From assembly GCA_965645245.1 (NCBI GenBank), contig OZ287087.1, forward strand, positions 992,001-1,056,000: a stretch of DNA of 64,000 nt, given 5' to 3'. The notes under the pieces were generated by a model. The model ran no database searches. It was not told the origin of the DNA and saw nothing but the letters and a program-made list of their open reading frames with translations. Origin of the DNA: Massalongia carnosa (taxonomy: Eukaryota). A program made the position numbers and the translations under genes. Positions 25,162 to 35,965 of the stretch are shown here, one piece after another (the first letter of the stretch is position 1; each line of letters starts with the position of its first letter).

Positions 25162-27705
25162 ATGAGCAGCTCGCAGATGATGGATTCAGAGACACACGAT
25201 CTTCAAGTTGTGGGCAAACCCACCAAATGCTACGCATATATGGCGGAGAAGAGCGAGGAGTTTATGGAATGGTGGCGAAGTACGAGATGGCATTTTGCTA
25301 ATAAAGAGAAGAGTAGAAAGGCGATGAAGAAGATCAATTGGGGATCGACTAAAAGAAAGGCGGCGGAATAGAAATAGTTTCAGGAAGGCGCCACTGTGAG
25401 CGAGAGTAATCCTAAAATAATCTGCTCGCGATGCTCCCTGGTCTTGACTCATCCCTCAATGGGATCCGGAAATAACTGCATGACTAATCACTTAAATTCC
25501 GAGTCCTGTAAAAAGACGTCGACAGTGAATGGTATGAAGCAACTTTCCTTAAAGGTTGGATATCGTGCCGAAGTATGACTACCACAATTACTACCATATT
25601 ACGTACTTTGCTAATCAATATTAGATTGAAGCAAAAAGACAAGAAGCCTTGACTCCCAACGGGCGTAGATTAAAAAAGGATAATTTCACGCCTCAATTGC
25701 TTCGTATGATTGTTGCTCTTGGGCTACCGTTACGAAGTGTCGCCAATGTCGAATTGCAAAGAGCGTTCAACTTTCTGCTCGATAATGTACAGTTTCCTTC
25801 ACCATCGACAATCAAGAATCGCTTGATGACCCGAAGTCAAGGCATTATTCCGCTTTTGCTCGAGAGGCTACCTAGGGGTAGTTCAAAAGTCTCTCTGGCT
25901 TTGCATTGTTGGTCGTCATTAAATCGTCAAGGTTATCTGGCAATCAATACTTACTACATTGACGATAAACGGAATTATCACGAAGTGCTTCTTGCCTTCG
26001 AACACGTTGAAGGCTCACACACGGGTATAAAACTTGCTAAAGTATTGAACAGCGTTTTAATTAGAAATTCTATTGAAGATCGTGTTTTGGCATTAACCAC
26101 GGACAGTGCATCTAATAACACAACGATGGTAGATGAGTTGCAACGAATGATACGAAGCAATCAAGCCTTGGCACTTCTACACACTGATGCAAATGAGATA
26201 CAGCGAGTGCCTTGTTTATCGCATGTAATTCAACTTGCCGTGAAACAGCTACTTGGGTATATTCACATTAATCCCAAAAATGCCGATTTCAAAACTAGCT
26301 GGGATGATAAGAAAGATAGACGGGATTTCGAAAACCCGATACCTGGAGTTCTCCTTACGCTAGCTAAGGGCAAGATTTACTTTGTAGTAGTCTTTGTGGT
26401 AGTCGTTCTAAATTTCGATTAGGTTCGAGCATTAGCTGTTTACATTAACAGTAGCAATTTACGTAAGGAGAACTTCTACGCTGTTCAACGAGCATTGAAT
26501 AACGAAGAGAGATGCACTGGAAACTCGGCCAGCGGTACAGTACTTAAGCATTTTCAAGATGTAAATACTCGATGAGACTCCACATGTCACATGTTAATTC
26601 GAGCGCTCAAGTTGAGACAAGCGCTGAATAGATATCAAGATAAACATGAAGCCGAGTATTTGAGATTGCTCGACGTGGAATGGTCACAGATAGAATATCT
26701 TATCGATTTAACGAAGCTATTCTGCGTCTTCACAAAGATGATTGGTTAATCAAAGCAACCGACCATTCATCAGGAGTTCGAGATCTACAATAAGCTGTTC
26801 GATCATCTGGATCAAGCTCGCGCAAGATTATGTCGTAAGCGAGTATCGTGGAAACGTGCGTTATTGAATGGCATCGAGGCGGCTGCAACGAAATTACGTC
26901 AATACTATTCTAAAACTCAGGGGTCATTAGGTTATCTATATGGAAAGGCGGCATTGTTATCTCCCAATTAGAAGGACCTAATTTTGAAGGGTCCCAATTG
27001 GGATGCGCCCTAGGGGAAAGTCGATGGGAAGATCAATATTGGCAATCTCTGGAAGCGGAACTCGATATCTACGAGAATTCTCAAACCTCACAAGTACGCG
27101 GGCGTAATGTCGCGGTCATTCGAGACTTGAATTATCTGGATCTTCTTCTGAGTACGAATATTGCTACTCCGCTTGCTATAGATGACGAGTTCAACTGCAA
27201 TCGTCAGCGAGGTAGGTTCACTACTACTATAAATCAGATCTTTTCTCATTGTGTTCAACTTATTTACAATACACAGCGATGCATGATCGTTCGGGTCCTA
27301 TTCTACAATAGTGGAAAGATCTCGAGCTGGAGTTTCCACAAATGAGTATGGTTGCCAGGGACATCCTTGCTGTACCAGCCGCTGGCGTTGGATATGAGCG
27401 CGTTTTTAGCGTTGCGGGAGCCCTTTATGATCATCGCAAGAATTTTCATCCGGATACATTCTCCGCGATGATGATGGTTCGTTTCTACGATCAGAAGGAT
27501 AATGCAGATGCAAGTTTACACGTAGATTTGAAAGAAGAAGAAAGCATGAGTCTTGAGGAGTTTACTAATGAGATGCAAAGGCGACATGAAGACCTAACAC
27601 AGGTTTTTCAGAAGGTCTACATCAGTGATAAAGAAGTCGATAACAATGACGATGACCAGTTAACGCAGATCGGGTCATCGCAGGTTGAGGAGGTCTCAGC
27701 GCGAG
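25162..27705 (+). pseudogene. hAT transposase with three predicted introns, several stops; 3' end in the gap
   Basis: BED-like CSRC..NHL; SLAL(H)CWSS, HTG, TTDSASNN, CLSHVIQLAV, dimerization domain ARDILAVPAAGVGYERVFS; introns ~25573-25624, ~26369-26422, 27212-27276. Confidence 0.88.
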
Positions 27706-27905
27706 NNNNNNNNNNNNNNNNNNNNNNNNNNNNNNNNNNNNNNNNNNNNNNNNNNNNNNNNNNNNNNNNNNNNNNNNNNNNNNNNNNNNNNNNNNNNNNN
27801 NNNNNNNNNNNNNNNNNNNNNNNNNNNNNNNNNNNNNNNNNNNNNNNNNNNNNNNNNNNNNNNNNNNNNNNNNNNNNNNNNNNNNNNNNNNNNNNNNNNN
27901 NNNNN
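27706..27905. other. Assembly gap (200 N)
   Basis: Run of N next to GA-rich low-complexity sequence; matching hAT and Gypsy TSDs on either side support the scaffold join. Confidence 0.99.
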
Positions 27906-30900
27906 AAGGGTGTAGTGGATAAGGTGGAGGAGGAGTAGGAGGAAGAGGGGTGTGGTGGAGGATGAGGTAGAGGAGGGGGGTAGAGAGGGTGGGGGTGACA
28001 AGAAGGTGTAGAGTAAAGGAAGAGATGGCAAGAGACTTTCTTTACGAATTTTGAATAGAAAGCGAGCGATAAAGGGGCGACATACTTCGATATTCGATAG
28101 AAGATAGCATATGAATTTGTGATAGTCTTTATGTTAGTTCGACGTCAACGAAATAAATATTTTATCTATAATCTACATTTTACTTTGTGATAGTCATTTA
28201 AATAAATCTACAATGATTGAAAATCCTAACTCATGTGATAAATATTGCATTCGTGTTTCGTGGTAGTCATGCTAGTAGTCATAATTTACACTCGCAGATT
28301 TTTTCTGTGGGTAATGATATATGGACACCCTACCCGATACTTAGAGTCTAGGTAGCGGATAGGGTGTCTATATGTCAGTACCCTTTTCTGTTGGGTAACC
28401 CAACGATAACCCAACCCAACCCAAAACCTATTGGGTTGGGTTCTCATTTTAATAACCCAACCCAACCAATTCCGCGGCGTAGTTCTTCTTCTAATTTTCC
28501 TAGATGAACGGTTTAATATCGTGTTCAGGATAGCAAGGGTTAAAGAAGATGCTTAGTCTAATGTAAGAACTACTATCCAGGGAAGAAGAATAGTAGTCAG
28601 CTACCTAAGAGACTAAGCATGAAGAAAAGAAATCTATCTACAAAAGAATGTGAAATCTATATACCCCGTTTGCCCTTCTTCTCGAAATTTCCATCAGGCT
28701 CTAGAAGCTTATCTCCGAAGCTTCGGTCGGAAAGAGCGTTTGGATTTAACGCTCCCACACCCGAGTCCTGACACTGACCAGGCAGTCTAGTATCGATTTC
28801 CCGTCTCTACTAAACCAAAACGAGTCGAGGACAAATCGGAGGGGTTCTCGTTTGAAATTCGTCTATTAGCTCAGAGCCTAGATTGTTATCAATTAACGGG
28901 TTCCTCGAACAATGCCCTCTTCTTATCCCACGGGTGTCCTATTTGATGACTAGGTTGCCTCCACCATCCCCGGTACGACTCCGGTTCGGGCCGTGATGCT
29001 CACGGTAGCCATTAATCGCATGGTTCTCATAACCCAAATCCCTTGTATCGTGTAGGGTGTGACCCTTTACTACGTGTCTATATAATTCGATTTCTTTCAG
29101 CCGGAGGGCTCCGTGTTGTAGACAGAGGAGATTCATATGAGGGATATAGCTGAGCCGTGTCTTACGTCTCTAGCTCTCAGCCGATGACTGCATGAAACGA
29201 CTTTAATCTTTATAAGTATAAATGAACGTTGTTAACGAGATCTATAAAAATCTTATTAACGAGGTCTTCGAGAACAATATTAACGAAGTTCCGCTGAACT
29301 GTTTTCATTCGTTTTGTGATCCATTGAGGTCTACCCGTGTAAAATCCAAACCATGCCCGTGTCAAAATGCATTATTTTCAGCTGATGACGGCTAGAAAGG
29401 ACTCGAAACTCTAAAAATATGTACTCCACTATTAACGAGGTACAGATCTGCTTCAACGTGCCCCCGCAGAAACCCATTCACAGGAATGTTTTATTGATTT
29501 GCGACTGTATGTTTTTTGACTGTGTGTTTGTGACTATATATTTGTAACTGTGTGCTTTGTATAACGTGTGATTGATAAATATGTATTTTGCGACTCAATG
29601 TTTTCCTCGAATTTATTTAACATGCCGGGCCTGTTAAATAGGATATTGTTATTCTGCTCCGAGATCGAGTTTTCTTGGGGTGACAGCATTCGCCCCGGTG
29701 CCTTTACGCGTTCTGTTGATCCCAGCTGATGACTGCGTAGGGAGACTTGAACTCTCATGAGCTAGAACTCGTGTCGAATGTGCCCGGGTGTGGGATGATG
29801 GGGCTTCTTTGGTCCACATCTTCTTCCAGCTGATGACTGCATAAAGGGACTTGAACCCTTAGAAGCATGTTGCAAGGACGCGCGCAATCGACCCCCTGGC
29901 GGTTGTCCTTCGTATCCTCTTCCGCACGTACGTCTGCGAGGCGTATAAACGCGTTAAATAAGCATTGTTTTAATGCGAAGAGATAGGAGCAAATCTATAT
30001 TTTTGACGGTCGATCCACGTTGAGGCCTTTGGCGTCTCCGTTGTGAGGACCGATTGAGTAGAAGGAGGAGGAACGATGCTATAGAAGGAGGAGGACCGAT
30101 GGTGTACAAGGAGGAAGACCGATCGATTATGACTATATGACTAGGTAATAATAAAGATATTTACGACCGTGATATTAAGAATTCATATACGAATTAGAAG
30201 TTTAAAGTTTGTTGAATAATCATCAATTCGACGAATCAGCGATATATTTGCAAAACATTTTCGAAAACGCGACTGAAATATTTATTTTAATAACAAAAAT
30301 TTGTGCAAAATCGAATAATTGGTTGTCGCAAGACTTAACCGAACTTCGAAAAGCCATTTGCAGACATCGTCGAGAATAGAAGAATTATCCGTCCAATTTT
30401 AGTCATCGGACGTTGAAAAATATTTGAATCGAGTATTATCATGCAATTCTACAAGCAAAAAAACAAACCTGGTTGACTTTTCCAGAAAATAGAGTAAATA
30501 AAGATGTATTTACCGCGTATAAATACACTAAACCGCGCATATTTGAAAAAACACCCCCGATTAACAAGATAAATGTTCAGTTTTATAACAAAAATTTGTG
30601 CAAAATCGAAAAATTGGTTTTCGCAAGATTTAACCGAACTTCGAAAAGCCATGTGCAGACATCGTCGAGAATGGAAGAATTATCCGTCCAATTTTAGTCA
30701 TCGGACGTTGAAAAATACTTGAATCAAGTATTATCATACAATTCTACAAGCAAAACAACAAACCTGGTTGACTTTTCCAGAAAATAAAGTAAATAAAGAT
30801 GTATTTACCACGTATAAATACACTAAACCGCACATATTTGAAAAATTACCCCTGATTCTACATGAAAACAAGATAAATGTTCAGTTTTATGACAAATATG

Positions 30901-31146
30901 ATGCATTTGGGTCAGCAATATACACAAAAATCCATTTATAGACGATAATATCGATGATTTATCAAATTTAGACGTCGAAAACGACGATAATTGGCCAGAT
31001 TTGACCGAAAACGAGTTGAAAAATGCGATTAATTTATTTAATCCGACGAAAGCAAGTGGACCTGATGCAATCAATTTTACAATTGTTCAAAAATCGTTTC
31101 AATCGTTGAAAAACGTGTTTTTCATGATTTATGCGAAATTTATTCG

Positions 31147-31317
31147 TGTGACGAAGCGAGATAGTGAATAGATTTCTACCATTGCGCCACCTATCCTTCC
31201 CGACCAAAAGGCACAATACTTAGTCCGCAGACCAAGCTCTATTCTACAATAACTGGGACTCCTGCTATGTTCGCTGTAGGTCCTGCCGGCCGCACCACGC
31301 TTGGTCGAACCGTTACA
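31147..31317. mobile_element. Solo LTR, family S2 (171 bp)
   Basis: TGTGACG...CGTTACA, perfect TSD ATTCG; inverted copy at 42376..42546. Confidence 0.92.
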
Positions 31318-32417
31318 ATTCGAATCGGTTATCACCCGTTATGCTAGCGGACAGGACTCGGTGCAGCTCTGAAAAAACCTTATAAATCAGATTATTCGCT
31401 ACCAAAATCATATCGAATTATCACTTTACTAAATTGTCTTCGTAAATTTTCTGAGAAAATCGCTGTAAATCGACTAGCCTACTTCTGCGAAAATTAGAAT
31501 TTACTAGATATAGAACAGATAGGCGAACTCAAAAATTATTCTGCAATTGACGCAGTAATGAACGTTGTTCATGATATCGAAATTGTAAATCAAAATAAAA
31601 ACGTCTTATTATGTTTATTACTCGATGTCAAAAGCGCATAATACTTTGTATCAATTAATCAACCGCTAAATGTCATGAAGAAGCTAAAATTATCCAGTAT
31701 AATAATTCATTTGGTCAAGTATTCATGACAAAAAAATCGATCAATTTGATATTCGATGAAAACAAAAGTAAAATATATTATTTCGAATCAGGAATTCCAC
31801 AAGGCTCACCAATCTCGCCTATTCTATTTCTGTTTTAAATTCGTCACTTGTTTCCGAAAATACAAATGAAATTTAATTTACATTCTCCTAGTTTTATTGA
31901 CGATTTAAAATAAAACTACAAAACAGAATTACAAAGAAATCGAAATCATAGTCAAAATAGCATTTGATTGGTCCCCATCGAATACTGTCAAATTTTATTA
32001 CGATAAATCCGAGCTTATTCACTTTGAAAAGACAAGAAATATATCGAATGACGCGTTGGAATTACCAAACGGGACAATATTAGAACCAAGAAATGTAGTC
32101 AAATTGTTAGTCGTCTGGCTAGACCGAAAACTAAATTTCAAAAAACACGTCGAAACGCGAATCTCTTCGGCGAATCAATCTTTTTTTGCAATTCAGAATC
32201 TGATGAAATCCGAATGGGATCTGAAACCAACCGCATACAGACAGCTTTATTTTTCATGTATTATTCCTATCTCGGACTACGGATCAGAAATTTGGTATTA
32301 TGGTCAAAAGAAATATGAAAAACTATGTCAGAAACTACAAAATCGAATGATTCGAAAGATTTTAAGAACTTTCAAAACCACAACTATTCAGGCTATGGAA
32401 ATTGAATCAGATGTTTT

Positions 32418-34478
32418 GATTGATTGATTTTTCTTACGCCGATATGACACCAGCTGAAGCTGGCCCATGCGGGAGATACTACATAGGCTATATAAAGGCA
32501 GAAAACCCGAACGGGTAAAAAACTGCTCCTGCGTACCAGGTTTGTAGAGGACTCGCTCTTTCCCCGGGTTGATCTCTACGGTTTGGGAAACCCGCTATAC
32601 CCGTTATGCGCCTGAGTAAGTGCAAGAATAAAAGAGAAGAAAAGAAAATAAGTAGAAGAAAAAACCAATTCTCCTCTCATTATTGCTCCGTCATTTGCGC
32701 GGCAATGGTGTACTGTGTTAGTATGCCCGTACGCATAAGCCATGCAGTGATTATTTTGATCGCTTTGGGGTCTGTTATCAGTTTTTGATAATCCAGCGAG
32801 CCAGCTGCACGCAACATATCGATTCTATTATGCAATCCGCAGAACATTATCACATGTTTCGCCGTTTGAAAGCGGCTTCCGCACAGGCAGGCCGCGGACT
32901 CAATGTCTGGCACCTTGCGTTTGAATAGAAAACTCGCTAACCCGATTTTCTCTGTTCTAATTTGAATTGCGAGGGAGCTTTGCGCCTTATTCAGCAGCTT
33001 GTGCGTGTTCAACCTGTTTTTGTGCAATGGACCCGACTGTGCTATTGTTGGATCAAGCGTATGTATTGATTGATACGCTATCCATTTGTCCTTCCATTTT
33101 TCTTTAAATCGTTTCGCTATGATTCCGTCTCTTTCTCTTTGAAGTGCGGCATATTCTGCTCGTTTTTCCTCTTGTGCATTCTCCGCTTTTTCCCATGGTG
33201 GTGTGCGTTTGGGCTTTCTCTTTGTTGATACTTCAGCTGTCAGCTTGGCCACCCATCTCTGTCTACGAGCTCCCGGTGTTTCTCCAATAATCCGTTGTCG
33301 CCCTCTTTTCCCTTTCAATCTCGTTCTGATTTTCTCGCATGCCTGTTCTATGACTTTTGCCTGACCGTTGTGTTGTAGCCTCGATCTACCTTTGGCCTGC
33401 AGATGATCCAAATGTTGCGTCAATGGACAGATGAATGTTTCCGCCTGTAACACCTCGATGGGTGTGGCCCTGTACGCTCCGGCTACTACTCGTAAACATT
33501 TGTTTTGTACGATCTCGAGTTTGCTTTTCCTCGTGACTTTGACGTGCTTTTGTGTTTCCTCCGGCGTGTGCCATACCAGAGAACCATGGGTCATTGCCGG
33601 GCGTACCACCGCCGTGTACACGTGACGGGCTTGTAGGAGGGTCGCACCCCAAGTGGCTGCGGCGATTCTAGTCAGCGCTCTCGTTTGTCTCGTCATTTTC
33701 TTCTGTATCTCTTTGTAGTGCGCCGACCAATTGAGCCTCGTGTCTATGTACACCCCCAGCACTCGTACAGATTTCGTGACGTTGAGTAGTTTGCCGTTTA
33801 CTGTGAAGGAAGCTTCGAGATTGAATTTCTTGGGATTTTTTGCTAGATGTATGAGCTCGTATTTATGCGGCGCGAACACGGAGCCGTGGCGTTTCGCCCA
33901 TCGTTCGCAATTCTCGTGTATTTCTTTCAATGTTTTGCAATTTTCTTCCGTGGATTTGCCATATGTCAGGATGTTCACGTCGTCTACGAATCCTATGCCT
34001 GCCGCGTTTGTGCTGGGTCTATTGCAAATGTCTAAGAGGTCCGCATTGTAAAAGAGATATAGAATGGGAGATAGAGGAGATCCCTGAGGGATTCCTATGC
34101 TCAGCGGAAATGCGTTAGTGGTGCGTTGATTAATCGTGAGCGTGGTTTCTCTTTCTTTCAAGAAACTATCCGTCCATTTGGCTATCCACTCTGGGATCTT
34201 TCGTTTTCTCATGTTGTGAATGAGCCTACGATGAGAGACGGTGTCAAAGGCTCCCGATACGTCTATGCTCAATAGAGATGCCACTTTATCGTTACCCTGA
34301 TTCCATACGGTGTGCACTTGTTCAGTGAGCAGCTCCAGTGCTGTTTCCGTTCCGCGGCCCGGCCTTGCACCCATTTGAGTATCCGGGATCAGTTTAAATT
34401 CTTCCGTCAGATGGCTAATTTTCCTTGCTATAATGGATTCCAATGCTTTGCCCAACGTGTTCAACAACGCTATGGGTC
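32418..34478 (-). mobile_element. 5'-truncated Tad-like LINE (LINE-B type), apparently recent
   Basis: 14-bp TSD GAATCAGATGTTTT (32404-32417/34479-34492); (AATC)n tail; uninterrupted RT reading frame. Confidence 0.95.
32680..34467 (-). CDS. LINE ORF2 remnant (RT + C-terminal Zn finger), open but lacking its N-terminus
   Basis: 595-aa open frame: IDVSGAFD, GIPQGSPLSPILY, GFVDD, VLGVYID, CLCG..HVIMFC. Confidence 0.85.
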   Translation of the reverse strand: MLNTLGKALESIIARKISHLTEEFKLIPDTQMGARPGRGTETALELLTEQVHTVWNQGNDKVASLLSIDVSGAFDTVSHRRLIHNMRKRKIPEWIAKWTDSFLKERETTLTINQRTTNAFPLSIGIPQGSPLSPILYLFYNADLLDICNRPSTNAAGIGFVDDVNILTYGKSTEENCKTLKEIHENCERWAKRHGSVFAPHKYELIHLAKNPKKFNLEASFTVNGKLLNVTKSVRVLGVYIDTRLNWSAHYKEIQKKMTRQTRALTRIAAATWGATLLQARHVYTAVVRPAMTHGSLVWHTPEETQKHVKVTRKSKLEIVQNKCLRVVAGAYRATPIEVLQAETFICPLTQHLDHLQAKGRSRLQHNGQAKVIEQACEKIRTRLKGKRGRQRIIGETPGARRQRWVAKLTAEVSTKRKPKRTPPWEKAENAQEEKRAEYAALQRERDGIIAKRFKEKWKDKWIAYQSIHTLDPTIAQSGPLHKNRLNTHKLLNKAQSSLAIQIRTEKIGLASFLFKRKVPDIESAACLCGSRFQTAKHVIMFCGLHNRIDMLRAAGSLDYQKLITDPKAIKIITAWLMRTGILTQYTIAAQMTEQ

Positions 34479-34789
34479 GAATCAGATGTTTTACCAGTCA
34501 AACTTCTATTATTAATGAAAAATCTAAAATACGCAATTCGATTATTGAAGATTGCCGAAAATAACTCTATTTGTCAAAGAATTCCAAAAATATATTCGAT
34601 AAAATTCGAAAACATCGGTTTTGACACTAGTTTAAGGAATAACAAATATGTTGAATGGAACGAAGTCGAAAAACAAACAATAAACCGACATACTTGTCAG
34701 CTTATTCCCGTTCTTCATTCCGTTTCCGAAATAGTCCACAAAACTTATAAATTTGGACAATCATATAATTTTATTAAACCTTGGAAATC

Positions 34790-35965
34790 GGTCCTCCTCT
34801 TTCTACACCATCAGTCCTCCCCTTTATACACTATCGGTCCTCCTCTTTCTACACTATCGGTCCTCCTCTTTGTACACCATCGGTCCTCCTCTTTCTACAC
34901 CGTTGTAATACGGATGGCGCTAGAAGGATACGTGATCGCCTACGGCGGTTGCGGGATTAACTAGCATGAGCCAGGCCGTAGTACTTAGTCGCACAGCCGT
35001 CGAGGTTAACACGACGCTACCTTGCCACACAACTCCGAATTAGTTGTTACTACGTTCTAGACTGTTTACAGATCAAACACATGTCGAGGCCGTGGTGGTA
35101 GATTGCCATGGAGTAAGGCGAACTCCTGTGGAGAAACCGTGAACTCTATATGGGATCTGCTGGCCTACTCGGAGCTACTCGATCTCTTGATAGATCAAGA
35201 GTTGTAGCAGGAGTCACGGCTAGCTGGACGCAGCTTGAGCTCGCCTCCCCTATGTAAACTTCAGCTTCCACCTTTATTGCTACGTTGGTAGTGATGTCGA
35301 CTGAATAAACCTACATGACCTTGTTGTCTAGACCTTGTGTCTAGAGGCAGGTCCGCAGTGTAGATAGAGATTCAGTCGGAGGTAACCTTCCATCGCTACG
35401 TTGGTAGTTGTGACGGCAAAATGAAGCTACATAGCCTCGGCGTCTAGACTTTATGTTTAAAGGCGGGCTAGCAATGTAGTGAGGGATCAAGCCGGAGGTA
35501 GAGGTGTTCGACCTTGCAAGGGAAGGTCTAGAAGGCTGCTCGAGGCTGACTAGATAATCCAGCGAACGCCGAGTTCGTAGATGGATCCTGTGGGATGGTT
35601 AGAGGTAATGCGATAAGGTCAGAAGTGGGTTGCAAGGCTCCTAAGGTTCCAAGGCTCCCAAGGCTATAGGCTTGGGGTGAGTAGAATAAATACCAGAACG
35701 AATCCTGTATTATTCGTTAGCAATTAGTCTTTATTCTATGAACAACCTACGTTTGGGTCTCGGACGAGATCTATTGGTCTAAGCACTTCTACATCTATTA
35801 GTTCTTTAGATCACGTATACTCTCGGAGACTAGCACGTAGTAGCTATCGTCCTCTTCTCACGCTGAGCATTTCCCCTTTCGAGATCAGTGTCGCTCGTGA
35901 TTAGCTTACTAGTCTCGTAGCCCATTACAACTATCGGTTGTCCTCTTCCTACACTATCGGTCCTC
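34790..35965 (+). repeat. 23-bp tandem array GGTCCTCCTCTTTCTACACYATC (~6-7 units, split by an LTR)
   Basis: Five units at 34790-34903, more at 35930-35965; same unit inverted at ~30045-30123 and ~44912-44951. Confidence 0.9.
34904..35929. mobile_element. Probable solo LTR, family S3 (1026 bp)
   Basis: TGTAAT...ATTACA inverted termini; imperfect TSD ACCGT/ACTAT within a repeat unit; noncoding, internal ~110-bp direct repeat, AATAAA. Confidence 0.75.

Larger units (their letters stand above)
23143..28481 (+). mobile_element. hAT DNA transposon inserted in the Gypsy-1 leader
   Basis: TIR TACGCCGCGGAAT followed by (GGGTT)n subterminal repeats at both ends; perfect 8-bp TSD GTTCTTCT (23135-23142/28482-28489). 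Confidence 0.95.
17719..28773 (-). mobile_element. Ty3/gypsy chromovirus (Gypsy-1), degenerate, containing a hAT insertion
   Basis: LTRs 17719..17932 and 28562..28773 (TGT...ACA), perfect TSD CTGAC, PPT next to the left LTR; gag knuckle CFNCDLTGHMAKDC, RT YLDD, RH, IN, chromodomain. Confidence 0.95.
17293..30123 (-). mobile_element. Unclassified element X, copy 1 (17293..17718 + 28779..30123), split by Gypsy-1
   Basis: Collinear with 43235..44951 and inverted relative to 34790..37667; halves rejoin at TSD CTGAC; strand inferred from the fused LINE-A and T-loop orientation. Confidence 0.85.
30185..34789 (+). mobile_element. LINE-A ORF2 segment (post-APE through RT), degenerate, with two nested insertions and an internal duplication
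   Basis: KDVFTAYKYTKPR, KASGPD, QGSPISPILF, SPSFIDD, WLDRKLNF; ~295-bp-offset duplication at ~30290-30850. Confidence 0.85.

Noticed and set aside
34790..34903. CRISPR array or telomere
   Set aside because: Contiguous repeats without spacers, in a eukaryotic context; not TTAGGG and tied to X.
34443..34964. 173-aa ORF
   Set aside because: Read-through across LINE-B, LINE-A, the 23-bp repeats and an LTR.
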